Shown: positions 1 to 10,105 of the stretch, one piece after another
How positions within the stretch are numbered: position 1 is the stretch's first letter
How the letters are laid out: every line of letters begins with the position of its first letter
DNA from: Syntrophorhabdaceae bacterium
GTDB taxonomy: Bacteria > Desulfobacterota > Syntrophorhabdia > Syntrophorhabdales > Syntrophorhabdaceae
NCBI GenBank assembly: GCA_963665295.1
Contig: OY762209.1
Coordinates: 2,144,001 to 2,208,000, forward strand
DNA length: 64,000 nt
Reading direction: 5' to 3'
The notes under the pieces: model-generated
Databases searched by the model: none
Told to the model about the DNA's origin: nothing
The model's input: the letters and a program-made list of their open reading frames with translations, nothing else
Position numbers and translations under genes: made by a program

Positions 1-1041
1 TTCATCGAGCATTCGGAAGCGCACCCGGAGTTGGGCATTATCGGACCGAGGTCGAATTACGTTTCCGGGCCGCAGATCGTGACGGAGGCCCGGTATAACA
101 ACATCGCGGAAATGGAGGAGTTTGCGGAAGCATGGTCCCGGGAGCACGAGGGTCACCTGACGCCGGCAAACAAGCTGATAGGCTTTTGCATGTTCATTCC
201 CCGGAAGGTACTCGAAAGGATAGGGTGCATAGACTACAATTTCGGGAAACTGTTCGGATTCGACGATGATGATTATTCCCTCCGCGCCCAGGCAGCGGGG
301 TTCAGGCTGGCGATCGCGGACGACATCTTCATTCATCACACCGGCGGCCCGCAGGGTAAGGGCAACCCGGAATACAACGAGCTCCTGATGGGAGCCTGGG
401 AAATGTTTAAGACAAAATGGAGATTGCCGCGCCATCTCAAATATGGCGAGCCCTATAACATTCAGGCGATCATTTCAGAGCCCTTCGATCAGAAGAGGCA
501 TTACACGCCGCCTCTCGATCCCGCTTCCGTTTTGCGGCTGGTCCGCGGAGAGGAGGGGATGGGGGCAAAGACCGCCGCATGGTACCACGAACTCGCCACG
601 AAGATGCAGGAGGAAGGCAATACGGACGAGGCCGTGAAGAACCTTGAAATAGTGCTGAAAATGGACCCCTCATATCCGGACGTGAATAATGACCTCGGGG
701 TCCTCTACTATCAGTTGGGTGAAGCGGAAAAGGCCCTCGGATTTATGGAAAAAGCGGTGGAACTTGACCCCGACAGCGCCGACAGTCTGAGAAACAAGGC
801 CGATATGTGCCTGGAACTGGGAAAAGTAGAAGAGGCCGTGGAGGCCTACGCAGGGGTACTCGCCATGGAGCCCGAAAATATCGACACCCTTCTCATAGTG
901 GGCAATCTCAATGCCCAGGCGGACCGGTTCGAGGACGCCATGATGTTTTACCGCAAGGTCCTGGAGATCGAGGGAGAGAACCCGGTGGCGCGACAGAGCA
1001 TTGACCTCATCGAGAGCAGGATGGGGGAACAGAGGGCTTGA
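1..1041 (+). CDS. Glycosyltransferase family 2 domain plus C-terminal TPR repeats (5' partial)
   Basis: Frame is open from base 1. GT2 motifs GFCMFI, FGFDDDDYSLRA and FIHH are followed by TPR-like helices (AVKNLEIVLKMDP, ALGFMEKAVELDP). Confidence 0.85.
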   Translation, partial: FIEHSEAHPELGIIGPRSNYVSGPQIVTEARYNNIAEMEEFAEAWSREHEGHLTPANKLIGFCMFIPRKVLERIGCIDYNFGKLFGFDDDDYSLRAQAAGFRLAIADDIFIHHTGGPQGKGNPEYNELLMGAWEMFKTKWRLPRHLKYGEPYNIQAIISEPFDQKRHYTPPLDPASVLRLVRGEEGMGAKTAAWYHELATKMQEEGNTDEAVKNLEIVLKMDPSYPDVNNDLGVLYYQLGEAEKALGFMEKAVELDPDSADSLRNKADMCLELGKVEEAVEAYAGVLAMEPENIDTLLIVGNLNAQADRFEDAMMFYRKVLEIEGENPVARQSIDLIESRMGEQRA

Positions 1042-1150
1042 CCGGCAGAATCCCGGGAAGATTTGCAAAAAGGAGAGTGTATACGCAGATTTTTCCGGTT
1101 AAAACCTTAATTCCAGCCTCATAGAGGCGACAATTATAGTGAGGGTGGAT

Positions 1151-1474
1151 ATGGAGATTGATGACCTGAAAAAAGCGCACGCTGCCCTGACCGATAGGGC
1201 CCTGCCCGAAGAGGATACGGACAAGTTTATAGAGTGCCTCCTTGAGCGGGGACCCTACAGCATGGACCTCATTAACCACAGGGTCCGGCTCGATGAACAG
1301 GAAGCCGCTGAAATGTTGGAGAAAGAACTGAAGATACTTGAAAAGCTGAAAGAGGAAAGGGCCCGACTGCTCAACGAAATGGACCAGCTTTCGAAGACCC
1401 GCAAGGCAGTGCGGGGCTATTCGCCCGCCTTCCCCTTTCCTTCCATGCCCATCTATTTCGACAGCACCGAGTAA
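1151..1474 (+). CDS. Hypothetical coiled-coil protein, possibly flagellar-associated
   Basis: ATG at 1151 follows GAGGGTGG. Helical, E/K/L-rich product. The flagellar link is from context only. Confidence 0.6.
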   Translation: MEIDDLKKAHAALTDRALPEEDTDKFIECLLERGPYSMDLINHRVRLDEQEAAEMLEKELKILEKLKEERARLLNEMDQLSKTRKAVRGYSPAFPFPSMPIYFDSTE

Positions 1475-1481
1475 GGCCTTC

Positions 1482-1508
1482 TTAAGTTTTCAAACGGCTG
1501 CCCGATAA
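1482..1508 (+). promoter_or_regulatory. Putative sigma28 (FliA) promoter
   Basis: TTAAGTTT-N11-CCCGATAA versus consensus TAAAGTTT-N11-GCCGATAA, upstream of the operon containing motAB. Confidence 0.7.
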
Positions 1509-1642
1509 AAGAATCAGAAGATAATGAATGCCGAAAAGGTACATCTTTTCGCTGGGTGACGATTTGTCCGGACAGCCCGAATGGTTGAGCAAAAGGTTCG
1601 GGCTTGAGTCGGAAGACATGACAGCAGGGGAACTGAAGGATC

Positions 1643-2200
1643 ATGAATAGCAGAGAGGAAATATTTCGCATACTGATAGTAGACGACAACAGGGAATTGC
1701 AGGAAATCCTCGCGGAATACCTGATGGATGAAGGCAATTCGGTACATGGCGCCAACAACGGAAGGGAAGCCCTGGAGATATACGGGAAGAACCCCTTTGA
1801 CCTTATCATTACCGATCTCAACATGCCGGAACTGACCGGGATAGAGTTGATCAAGGAGGTTGCAAAGTACGGAAAGGTAACGGAGTTCATCATCATCACC
1901 GGGTATGCGTCCCTTGACACCGCTATCGAGGCAGTGAAAATAGGGGCCTTCGATTACATAGTGAAGCCGTTCAGGATGGAAGAGCTGAAGGTGGTGGTGA
2001 AGAACGCCAAGGATAAAATCATGCTCAAGAAGATGAATGCGAGGCTTTTTGAGAAGCTTGCCCATTTTCACGAAGAGCTTGAAAAGTACAGGGGGGGCGA
2101 GCGGACGGGAAATCCCGCACCCATGGCCGATACGGAAGGCATCATAGGCGAGATTATCAACCTGGAGAAGATGAGAAAAGGAAGATTTCTGATAGAGTGA
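1643..2200 (+). CDS. Response regulator (REC domain plus short coiled-coil tail)
   Basis: ILIVDD, DLIITDLNMP, ITGY and DYIVKPF receiver motifs. No recognisable output domain. Confidence 0.9.
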   Translation: MNSREEIFRILIVDDNRELQEILAEYLMDEGNSVHGANNGREALEIYGKNPFDLIITDLNMPELTGIELIKEVAKYGKVTEFIIITGYASLDTAIEAVKIGAFDYIVKPFRMEELKVVVKNAKDKIMLKKMNARLFEKLAHFHEELEKYRGGERTGNPAPMADTEGIIGEIINLEKMRKGRFLIE

Positions 2201-2240
2201 AACCTATGCAGGAGACAGCAATGCCCTTAGAGGTTCTCAT

Positions 2241-3704
2241 ATGATAGAAGGATCGAAAGTTCTTCTCGTTGACGACAGTGTGGATGTGATTGAAATCCTG
2301 TCGGATTTTCTCGGGATGAACGGCTGCACGGTGCACAAGGCATCGACAGGAAGAATGGCCACCGAGATACTCAGCAAAGAGGATATCGAGATCGTCATCC
2401 TCGATGTGAAGCTGCCGGATGTGAACGGCATCTCGCTCCTTGACACCATAAAGGTGAGAAATCCCACTATTGCCGTGATCATGATCACAGGCCACCACGA
2501 CCCCAACTTCGTGGTGGAGGCTATGAAGAAAGGCGCCTCCGATTTCCTGATGAAACCTTTTGAGTTCGACAAGCTCATGCTCTCCATGATGAGGGTGCTC
2601 CGCGAGAGGGAACTGCTCATGGAGAAGGAAAGCATCCTCCACAGCGTGGAAGACAAACAGAAGATAGAACTCTTGAACAGGGAATTGCAGAACAAGATAA
2701 AAGAGCTGACCACCATGTACCACATATCGAACAAGTTCAATTCTCTCAACATATTCGACGATGTGTACGAGAAGATGATACATATCATCAGCGAGGTAAT
2801 GGAGGTACGGTCGTGCGGCTACTACATCGTGGACCAGGAGCACAGGGAGTTGATGCTGTACAAAGACAACGGCGTCAACGGCGGGGCTTCGAGCGAAAAG
2901 AGGGTTCTCCTTTCCGATGAATATCTCAGGGGGCCTACCTCATCGAGGAAATTTTTCTTCGTGGGAAGCAAACTCTATGTGCCCCTCCTGATCAAGGGGG
3001 AATGCATAGGCTTCATCATGGTGAACGGCAAGACAAACGGCGCGAGAAAGAACCCCTTTCTTGAAAGCGACATATTCTTTCTCAAACTCATCGCGGAAAA
3101 GGCTTCAACCCAGATTGAAAACAGGATGTTGTATGAGAGCCTCTTCGAGAGCGTCCTTCATACACTCACATCCCTCATCGCCGCAATCAACAAGAGGGAT
3201 TCATACACGGAGGGACACTGCAAACGTGTCACCGAGACGAGTCTCAGGCTGGGACGGGTCATCGGCATAAGCGACTACGAGGAAGATGTGATCAGGGTAG
3301 TGGGGCCCATCCACGACCTCGGCAAGATAGGGGTTCCCGATTCCATACTGCTCAAGCACGGAAAACTGACGGACGAAGAATACCAGATTATGAAGGACCA
3401 TTCCGTGTACGGCGAAGAGATACTGAACAGGTTCGAGATATTGTCGAGCGAGGCGAAGATCATACGGCACCATCATGAAAGGTTCGACGGAAAAGGTTAT
3501 CCCGATACCCTCCCCGGAGAGGAGATACCGAAGTGCGCCAGAATCATATCGGTTACCGACGCTTACGACGCGATGACGAGCAACAGGCCATACAGGAACG
3601 CCCTTGAAAAGGAAGTTGCCCTGGCGGAGATAAAGAAATGCGCGGGCGTGCAGTTCGATCCCGAGGTATCGGAAGCCTTTCGTCAAATGATGAGTGAGGT
3701 ATAG
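2241..3704 (+). CDS. REC-GAF-HD-GYP cyclic-di-GMP phosphodiesterase
   Basis: N-terminal receiver, central GAF-like region, and HDLGKIG, HHHERFDGKGYP and DAYDAMTSNRPYR motifs. Confidence 0.92.
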   Translation: MIEGSKVLLVDDSVDVIEILSDFLGMNGCTVHKASTGRMATEILSKEDIEIVILDVKLPDVNGISLLDTIKVRNPTIAVIMITGHHDPNFVVEAMKKGASDFLMKPFEFDKLMLSMMRVLRERELLMEKESILHSVEDKQKIELLNRELQNKIKELTTMYHISNKFNSLNIFDDVYEKMIHIISEVMEVRSCGYYIVDQEHRELMLYKDNGVNGGASSEKRVLLSDEYLRGPTSSRKFFFVGSKLYVPLLIKGECIGFIMVNGKTNGARKNPFLESDIFFLKLIAEKASTQIENRMLYESLFESVLHTLTSLIAAINKRDSYTEGHCKRVTETSLRLGRVIGISDYEEDVIRVVGPIHDLGKIGVPDSILLKHGKLTDEEYQIMKDHSVYGEEILNRFEILSSEAKIIRHHHERFDGKGYPDTLPGEEIPKCARIISVTDAYDAMTSNRPYRNALEKEVALAEIKKCAGVQFDPEVSEAFRQMMSEV

Positions 3705-3710
3705 CGGGTT

Positions 3711-4286
3711 ATGGACGGAGCAGACCAAAGGGAATATTTCAGGATCGAAGACCGCCTCCCCATAGAGTTCAGGTCCGTGGGCCCGGAGGAGTTCGCGAGG
3801 CTTGAAGACATCATAAGGTACAACCCCGCCTGTACCCCCATGGACAAGTCAAGGGAGATGCATTTTCCCGGGTGTGCGGCATCCCAGGAAAAAGACAGGG
3901 ATAGCGGGCTTTACGCTTATCTCAGGGTGCTGGAAAGGAAGCTGGACATGATTCTGGACCTTCTCGGCCCGGGAGAATACGGGGAGCCGTACAAGGCCCT
4001 TTACACCAGTGTAAATATCAGCGGAGCAGGAATCAAATTTGCGTCCCACGAACCCTTGAGCGAGGGGGAGCGTGTGGAACTGAGAGTCGCCCTGCCTCTC
4101 GCCCCCTATTCCAGGATATCGACCCTCTGTGAAGTGGTAAGGGCCGAGCCGCTCGCGGAGAGGGAGGGGAAGGAATGGCTTATTGCCCTCAAGTTCCTTG
4201 TGGTGAACGATTTTGACAGGGATGTCCTGGTCAACTACGTATTTGCCAAAGAGCGTGAGAAACTGAGATCGGGCAAGGGCGGGTAA
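3711..4286 (+). CDS. PilZ-domain c-di-GMP receptor
   Basis: RxxxR (REYFR) and NxSxxG (NISGAG) motifs. Confidence 0.85.
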   Translation: MDGADQREYFRIEDRLPIEFRSVGPEEFARLEDIIRYNPACTPMDKSREMHFPGCAASQEKDRDSGLYAYLRVLERKLDMILDLLGPGEYGEPYKALYTSVNISGAGIKFASHEPLSEGERVELRVALPLAPYSRISTLCEVVRAEPLAEREGKEWLIALKFLVVNDFDRDVLVNYVFAKEREKLRSGKGG

Positions 4287-4291
4287 GGCAT

Positions 4292-5059
4292 ATGGATCTG
4301 ACCACAGTCTTCGGACTCATTATAGGCATAGGCGCGGTGCTCGTTGCCTTCCTGATGGAGGGAGGGCATATCTCGGCCCTGATCCAGGCTCCGGCCATGA
4401 TCCTTGTCATCTTCGGCACCTTCGGGGCGGCTGCCATCACCACCTCTTTCCCGCAACTCATCAACATACCCAAGCTCCTCAAGGTAATATTCTTCGAAAA
4501 GAAGCTCAACCCCCAGGAACTGATAGAGGTCATCTTTGACCTTGCCCAGAAATCGCGGAAGAACGGGCTTCTGAGCCTTGAAAAGGAACTGACCCACGTG
4601 CAGGACTCCTTTCTCAAGAAGGCGATACAGCTTGCCGTGGATGGTTTCGAGACGAACAAGATCAGGGAGATACTCGAGATCGAGGTGTCCTATATCGAGG
4701 AGAGGCACAAGGTGGGCGCCACGTTCTTTCAGAAGCTGGGAGGCTTCTCGCCTACACTGGGCATCATAGGCACGGTCCTGGGGCTCATTCACGCCCTGTC
4801 GAGGCTCGACAACAGCGCGAACATGGCGGCCTCCATCGCAAGCGCATTTATTGCGACCCTTTGGGGTGTGGCGCTCGCAAACCTGGTATATCTGCCCATC
4901 GCGGATAAACTGAAGGTCAAGCACCAGGACGAGGCCCTTTACCTCGAAATCATCAGCGAAGGGGTCATATCACTGGCTATGGGAGATAACCCGCGGGTCA
5001 TAAAGATGAAGCTTCTCTCTTTTCTCCTGCCCAACAAAAGAAACAGCGGTGACCTGTGA
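4292..5059 (+). CDS. motA: Flagellar stator protein MotA
   Basis: MDLTTVFG N-terminus, SRKNGLLSLE, PTLGIIGTVLGLI and AFIATLWG motifs. Confidence 0.95.
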   Translation: MDLTTVFGLIIGIGAVLVAFLMEGGHISALIQAPAMILVIFGTFGAAAITTSFPQLINIPKLLKVIFFEKKLNPQELIEVIFDLAQKSRKNGLLSLEKELTHVQDSFLKKAIQLAVDGFETNKIREILEIEVSYIEERHKVGATFFQKLGGFSPTLGIIGTVLGLIHALSRLDNSANMAASIASAFIATLWGVALANLVYLPIADKLKVKHQDEALYLEIISEGVISLAMGDNPRVIKMKLLSFLLPNKRNSGDL

Positions 5060-5802
5060 GACGGAGGAGGAGAGAAGAGGAACAGGAAAACCACGAGCGG
5101 TGGCTGCTCACCTACGCCGACCTCATTACCCTGCTTCTGGCCTTTTTCATCATGATGTACACCCTGTCGAAGCAGGACGCTCAGAAATATGAAGAGGTCT
5201 CCGCCTATCTCAGGGCCATATTCACGGGCGGGACCGCGATCCTTCGCACGGGAAACGCGGCGGCGTCGGGGCCGGCGGTGAACGTGAATATCACACCCAC
5301 CGAGGCATCGAACGCCGAGATTATGCGGCAACTGGAGGAGGAAATACAGAGCGTGACCCCTCTGGAAGAAATGAAGCGGAATTTCTCCATTTTTGTGGAT
5401 GACCGCGGCATTGTGGTCCGCGCCCTGGATAAGGAATACTTCGACGAGGGCAAGGCGGACCTGAAGGAAAGGGCGAAAAATACCATCAGGAGGATAATTC
5501 CGATCCTCAAGAAGGTGAACAGGGGCGTCCGGATAGAGGGGCACACGGATAACGTCCCCATCAGCACCCAGGAATTCAAGTCCAATTGGGAGCTTTCCGT
5601 GAGAAGGGCCACGGAAGTGGTAAGATACATAATCGAGTGGGGAGGCTTTCCACCGGAACTGTTGTCCGCCGCAGGTTACGCCGAGTACAGGCCCCTTACC
5701 GAGAACACCAGTCCGGAAAACAGGGCCATGAACCGGAGAATAGAGATCATAATCGAAAAGCCGAACGGGAAGAATACAGGACGGATCGTGACCGGCCTGT
5801 AA
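5056..5802 (+). CDS. motB: Flagellar stator protein MotB
   Basis: WLLTYADLITLLLAFF transmembrane segment with the conserved Asp; OmpA-like IEGHTDN, NWELSVRRA and NRRIEI motifs; overlaps the motA stop. Confidence 0.95.
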   Translation: MRRRRREEEQENHERWLLTYADLITLLLAFFIMMYTLSKQDAQKYEEVSAYLRAIFTGGTAILRTGNAAASGPAVNVNITPTEASNAEIMRQLEEEIQSVTPLEEMKRNFSIFVDDRGIVVRALDKEYFDEGKADLKERAKNTIRRIIPILKKVNRGVRIEGHTDNVPISTQEFKSNWELSVRRATEVVRYIIEWGGFPPELLSAAGYAEYRPLTENTSPENRAMNRRIEIIIEKPNGKNTGRIVTGL

Positions 5803-5890
5803 CGACGGTCATCCGGTGCGAAGGGCGCCGCTTATTTTCGGCAGGGTTTGGTTTTCTCTGTTTCCTGTGGTATATTGAGGGGGATTAAAT

Positions 5891-6187
5891 ATGGCGAGAG
5901 TTGTTCCAGATGACCTTCAACCGGGGATGGTATTGTCGAAGCCTGTGACGAATGCCAACGGCGTAGTCATGCTCGGAGAGGGCTCTGAGCTCACCGATGC
6001 GGTAATCGAGAAGATACGCGGTATGGACATGGACTATGTCTATGTGAAAGGAGCACCCGGGGATGATACGTCCCTGGAGCAGATACTCGCGGACCTCGAC
6101 AAACGCTTCAAGAGCGTGGAAGACGCCCCTTACATGGACGTGATAAAGAAGGCGGTCCGGGAACACATCGAGGCGCTGTATGGGTAA
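5891..6187 (+). CDS. Small hypothetical protein coupled to the HDOD gene
   Basis: DDLQPGMVLSKPV N-terminus resembles the module seen ahead of HD-family domains. Overlaps the next gene. Confidence 0.75.
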   Translation: MARVVPDDLQPGMVLSKPVTNANGVVMLGEGSELTDAVIEKIRGMDMDYVYVKGAPGDDTSLEQILADLDKRFKSVEDAPYMDVIKKAVREHIEALYG

Positions 6188-7016
6188 TCTCGACCCCAGA
6201 GACCTGCGCAAAAAGATAGAGCTTCTCGAAACCCTGCCCACAATACCGAATGTTCTGAAGAAGCTCATCGCGGTTATCGAAAACCCCCGGACTTCCCTCC
6301 AGGAAGTGAGCAAGTTTATCTCCAATGACCCCGTTCTTACAATGCGGGTGCTCAAGATGGTGAATTCACCCATATACGGTTTTCCGGGCAGGATATCTTC
6401 CGTGTCCCAGGGTGTGGTGCTCCTCGGGCTTAATGTGGTAAAAGGACTGCTCCTCGGAGTTTCCGTGTTCGAACTCATGCAGAAGGCCATGATCGGTTTG
6501 TGGGAACATTCCCTTGGGTGCGCGGTCACGGCAAGGATTATCGCGAAGAGGAGGAGCATAAAGGAGTTTGAGGAAATTTTTGTGGCAGGGCTGCTCCATG
6601 ACCTGGGAAAGGTCATCCTTATTCTCCGGTTCCCCGTGGAGTACATGAAGTTCATGGAAGGGGCGGAACACGGAGACGCGGTGATCTGCAAGGCCGAAAA
6701 GGAAGTTTTCGGCGTAACCCACGCGGATGTGGCTATATGGCTCACGGAAAAATGGAGCTTTCCCAAGGGCCTTGTGGAGATCATAGGGAACCATCACCGG
6801 CCCGGTGTATCGAGATACGCCCGGGTGGAGACGGCAATCGTCCATATCTCGGATATCCTTGTAAGGGCTCGGGGACTGGGGTTCGCAGGAGACCATTCGG
6901 TGCCCGTGGTAAACCCGGGAGCATGGAAACTGCTCGGCCTTTCGGAAAAGGAACTGAGGGAAGTGCTGAAAGAGACTGAAGACGGTATGGAGACGGCGGG
7001 GGAGCTTTTCGTCTAA
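6180..7016 (+). CDS. HDOD domain protein
   Basis: LPTIP, DPVLTMRVLKMVNSP, LWEHS, AGLLHDLGK and FGVTHA motifs. Confidence 0.92.
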   Translation: MGNLDPRDLRKKIELLETLPTIPNVLKKLIAVIENPRTSLQEVSKFISNDPVLTMRVLKMVNSPIYGFPGRISSVSQGVVLLGLNVVKGLLLGVSVFELMQKAMIGLWEHSLGCAVTARIIAKRRSIKEFEEIFVAGLLHDLGKVILILRFPVEYMKFMEGAEHGDAVICKAEKEVFGVTHADVAIWLTEKWSFPKGLVEIIGNHHRPGVSRYARVETAIVHISDILVRARGLGFAGDHSVPVVNPGAWKLLGLSEKELREVLKETEDGMETAGELFV

Positions 7017-7028
7017 GCTCTTGATTAT

Positions 7029-7952
7029 ATGAAGACAATCGTACTTATTTCACGGGACACCGGCCTGACGGATATGATCGAGAGGATCCTTCGGAAGTCG
7101 TACCGGATCGTTATTTTCAGCACCATGCAATCCGCCCTTGACCATGTATACAATTCCACGCCTGCCTTGATGGTGACGGACATTGACTTTAATGACCGTT
7201 TCGAGATTAACATCCTCAATTACATGAAAGAGAACCCCATTTTCAGCCAGTTGCCCGTTCTTGCCCTTCTGGGGGATACGCTCCCTGCCACGCGCCGCTG
7301 GAAGGACATTCTGGTGGAGGATTACCTCCGGCGGTCCGACGTTGAAAGGGACCTTGCGTACAGGGTGGACCTCTGCGTTCTCAGGTCCGAGAGGGTCATG
7401 GAGATCAACCCTCTTACCAGGCTTCCCGGCAACATCGCCATAAACAAGCAAATCCAGGGCAGGCTTGACAGAAGCAGGAGATTCGCCCTTGCCTACGCCG
7501 ACCTCGACCATTTCAAGCCTTTCAATGATTACTATGGCTTCAGTCGCGGTGACGACGTGCTCAAGATGACGGGAAGGCTTATCCTGAACACGGTCAAGGG
7601 ACGGCAGCCGAAGGGGAGTTTTGTCGGTCACATAGGAGGAGATGATTTTGTGTTTATCATGGACTTGAGCCTTGTGGAACAAACCGCCGAGGAGATTGTG
7701 GATACCTTCGACAGGATCGTGCCCACTTTTTACGATGCCCAGGATAAGGACAGGAAATCGATACGGTCCCTCGACCGGCAGGGGAATATGAGAAAATTCA
7801 GCATAATAAGCGTTTCCATCGGCATAGCTCACAATAAATACCGGTCCTTCACACATTACGGCGAGTTGACGGAAATTGCATCGGAACTGAAAGGGCACGC
7901 GAAGCGTCACAAGGGGAGTTGCTACAGGCTGGACAAGCGCCAGGAGCCGTGA
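7029..7952 (+). CDS. GGDEF-family protein (GGDDF variant) with degenerate receiver-like N-terminus
   Basis: NPLTRLPGN, DLDHFKPFNDYYG and HIGGDDF motifs. Confidence 0.88.
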   Translation: MKTIVLISRDTGLTDMIERILRKSYRIVIFSTMQSALDHVYNSTPALMVTDIDFNDRFEINILNYMKENPIFSQLPVLALLGDTLPATRRWKDILVEDYLRRSDVERDLAYRVDLCVLRSERVMEINPLTRLPGNIAINKQIQGRLDRSRRFALAYADLDHFKPFNDYYGFSRGDDVLKMTGRLILNTVKGRQPKGSFVGHIGGDDFVFIMDLSLVEQTAEEIVDTFDRIVPTFYDAQDKDRKSIRSLDRQGNMRKFSIISVSIGIAHNKYRSFTHYGELTEIASELKGHAKRHKGSCYRLDKRQEP

Positions 7953-8010
7953 TGCCGCCTCCTTCGCGGACGACCTTGATGGGGCCCACCGAGTATGGTA
8001 ATCGGAACGG

Positions 8011-9189
8011 GTGATGCCCAACCTCACTCACCCTTTCAGGCTGTTCAGGGAAATCCTCATCGGGCGGTTTCTCGCGCGTCCGAACCGGTTCCTCGTGCGA
8101 TGCGAACTTGACGGCGTGACAGTGGACGCCTTTCTCCCGAATCCCGGACGGCTTCAGGAACTATTTCTGCCGGATTCACGCCTTTATCTGACCCGGGCCG
8201 CACCTTCAGACCGGCGAAGGACGGTTTTTACCGTGGTGGCAGTGGAACGGGACTGCCTGCCGGTCATGCTCCATACCCATCTCACCAACGACGTGGCCCG
8301 TCATCTCATCGAGGAGGGCAAAGTCCCCGGTTTCGAGGATGCCCGAATCGTGAGGGCCGAGGCGCCTGTGGGCCACAGCAGGTTCGATTTCCTCCTTACG
8401 GACGGGGAGAGGGAGACCTACCTCGAAGTGAAATCGTGCACTCTCGTGGGAAGAGAGGTGGCCATGTTCCCTGATGCAGTTACCGCACGGGGGGCCAGGC
8501 ATTTGAGCGAGCTTCGCGACCTTTCACGGAAAGGCATCAAAACGGCGGTTCTTTTCGTGGTCCACTGGCCGTTTGCACGGGTCTTCATGCCCGATTACCA
8601 TACGGACCTCACCTTTGCCCGGACTCTCCTCGACGTGCGCCGTGACGTAAAGATAATCCCCCTGGCGGTGAGATGGCGACACGACCTTTCCATGGACGAA
8701 GAAGTGAGGCTTCTCGACATTCCCTGGGATTATATCGAAAAGGAGGCCCATGACAGGGGGAGCTACCTTTTGGTCCTCAAACTTCCCGGGGATAGGCCGA
8801 TAACGGTGGGGAGCCTCGGAAAGGTATTATTCAAGAAAGGGTTTTATGTCTACGTAGGCTCGGCCATGGCCAACCTGGAGAAGAGATTGCAGCGGCACAT
8901 GAGGCTGAGGAAACACAATCACCGGCATATCGATGAGTTGAGGGCCGTGTCGGAGGTGCGGGCGGAGTTGGCCATCCGTTCCTCGGTGCGTCTGGAATGC
9001 GATATTGCCGGGGCAATGAGCCTTATCGCCGGACGTCCGGTACGCGGCTTCGGATCTTCCGACTGCGCTTGTGAGACCCACCTCTTCCACATGGAACAGG
9101 ACCCCCTGGACATGAGGTCCTTTCATAACGTGCTCGAGTTCTTCAGGATGGACCGGTACAGGGACCCGTCGGGTTGCCCTTTGTGCTGA
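8011..9189 (+). CDS. sfsA: SfsA nuclease fused to a GIY-YIG/DUF123-like domain
   Basis: RPNRF, PNPGRL, SRFDF, EVKSCTL and FPDAVTARGARH (SfsA). C-terminal GSYLLV..YVYVGSA..RH..GFGSSDC.C.THL. Confidence 0.88.
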   Translation: MMPNLTHPFRLFREILIGRFLARPNRFLVRCELDGVTVDAFLPNPGRLQELFLPDSRLYLTRAAPSDRRRTVFTVVAVERDCLPVMLHTHLTNDVARHLIEEGKVPGFEDARIVRAEAPVGHSRFDFLLTDGERETYLEVKSCTLVGREVAMFPDAVTARGARHLSELRDLSRKGIKTAVLFVVHWPFARVFMPDYHTDLTFARTLLDVRRDVKIIPLAVRWRHDLSMDEEVRLLDIPWDYIEKEAHDRGSYLLVLKLPGDRPITVGSLGKVLFKKGFYVYVGSAMANLEKRLQRHMRLRKHNHRHIDELRAVSEVRAELAIRSSVRLECDIAGAMSLIAGRPVRGFGSSDCACETHLFHMEQDPLDMRSFHNVLEFFRMDRYRDPSGCPLC

Positions 9190-9327
9190 CGTGACCCTGT
9201 ACCCGCCGGTTTTCCGACCGGACAGCCTTCAAAAAGGAGGGCAGCCACGACATAATTCCCTTTCCACTACACGGCATAAGCTGGTAGAATTGGACCTTTG
9301 TAAACCGTTTTTTCAGGAGGGGTGAAA

Positions 9328-10071
9328 ATGAAGGTAGTCTTTCTCGGGACAAATGGATGGTACGATACGGACACGGGTAACACGGTATCCATGGTGATCG
9401 ATGCGCCGGACGCCGTGATTATCCTCGACGCAGGATACGGCCTTGCCAAACTCGACCGGTATGTCTCCCTCGACAGACCGGCATTTCTTTTTTTGAGCCA
9501 CCTTCACCTCGACCATATCGTGGGGCTCCACGTGGTGACTTCCTTCGATTTTGCGCAGGGCCTCTCCATATGCGGCCCGGACGGCTTTGCGCCCATCCTG
9601 AACAGGGTACTGGACGTCCCCTTTACCGTGCCGGCGAGGGATTTCAACTTCGAAGTGACATTTATGGACCTTAGCCGCGAAGCAGGTTCCCTGCCTTTCA
9701 AGGTAAAGGCCCTTCCCCTTGTTCATTCCGTGCCCACGTCGGGCTACCGGTTCGAGATACACGGGAAGACCGTTACTTACGTGGGGGATACGGGATATTG
9801 CGAGAACGCGGTGGAACTGGCAAGGAACACCGACCTTCTCATTACGGAATGCGCTTACCGGTCCGGGCAGGAGAATCCTGCATGGCCCCATCTCAATCCC
9901 GAGACTGCCGCCCTCATCGCAAAGGAAGGGGACGCCGGGCAACTGGCCCTGGTCCATTTTGACGCGCGGATGTACCCGACTCTCGCCCACAGGCGCGCCG
10001 CCGAGGCATCCGCCCGGAAGGTCTTCCCCCGTACGACGGCGGCCATGGATGGCATGGTCCTTGAGATTTAG
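9328..10071 (+). CDS. Metallo-beta-lactamase fold hydrolase (RNase Z-like)
   Basis: FLGTNG, LDAG, SHLHLDH (HxHxDH) and YVGDT motifs; AGGAGG RBS. Confidence 0.88.
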   Translation: MKVVFLGTNGWYDTDTGNTVSMVIDAPDAVIILDAGYGLAKLDRYVSLDRPAFLFLSHLHLDHIVGLHVVTSFDFAQGLSICGPDGFAPILNRVLDVPFTVPARDFNFEVTFMDLSREAGSLPFKVKALPLVHSVPTSGYRFEIHGKTVTYVGDTGYCENAVELARNTDLLITECAYRSGQENPAWPHLNPETAALIAKEGDAGQLALVHFDARMYPTLAHRRAAEASARKVFPRTTAAMDGMVLEI

Positions 10072-10105
10072 GGATGGTTCCGCTCAATTGTATGACGTGA
10101 CGAAA

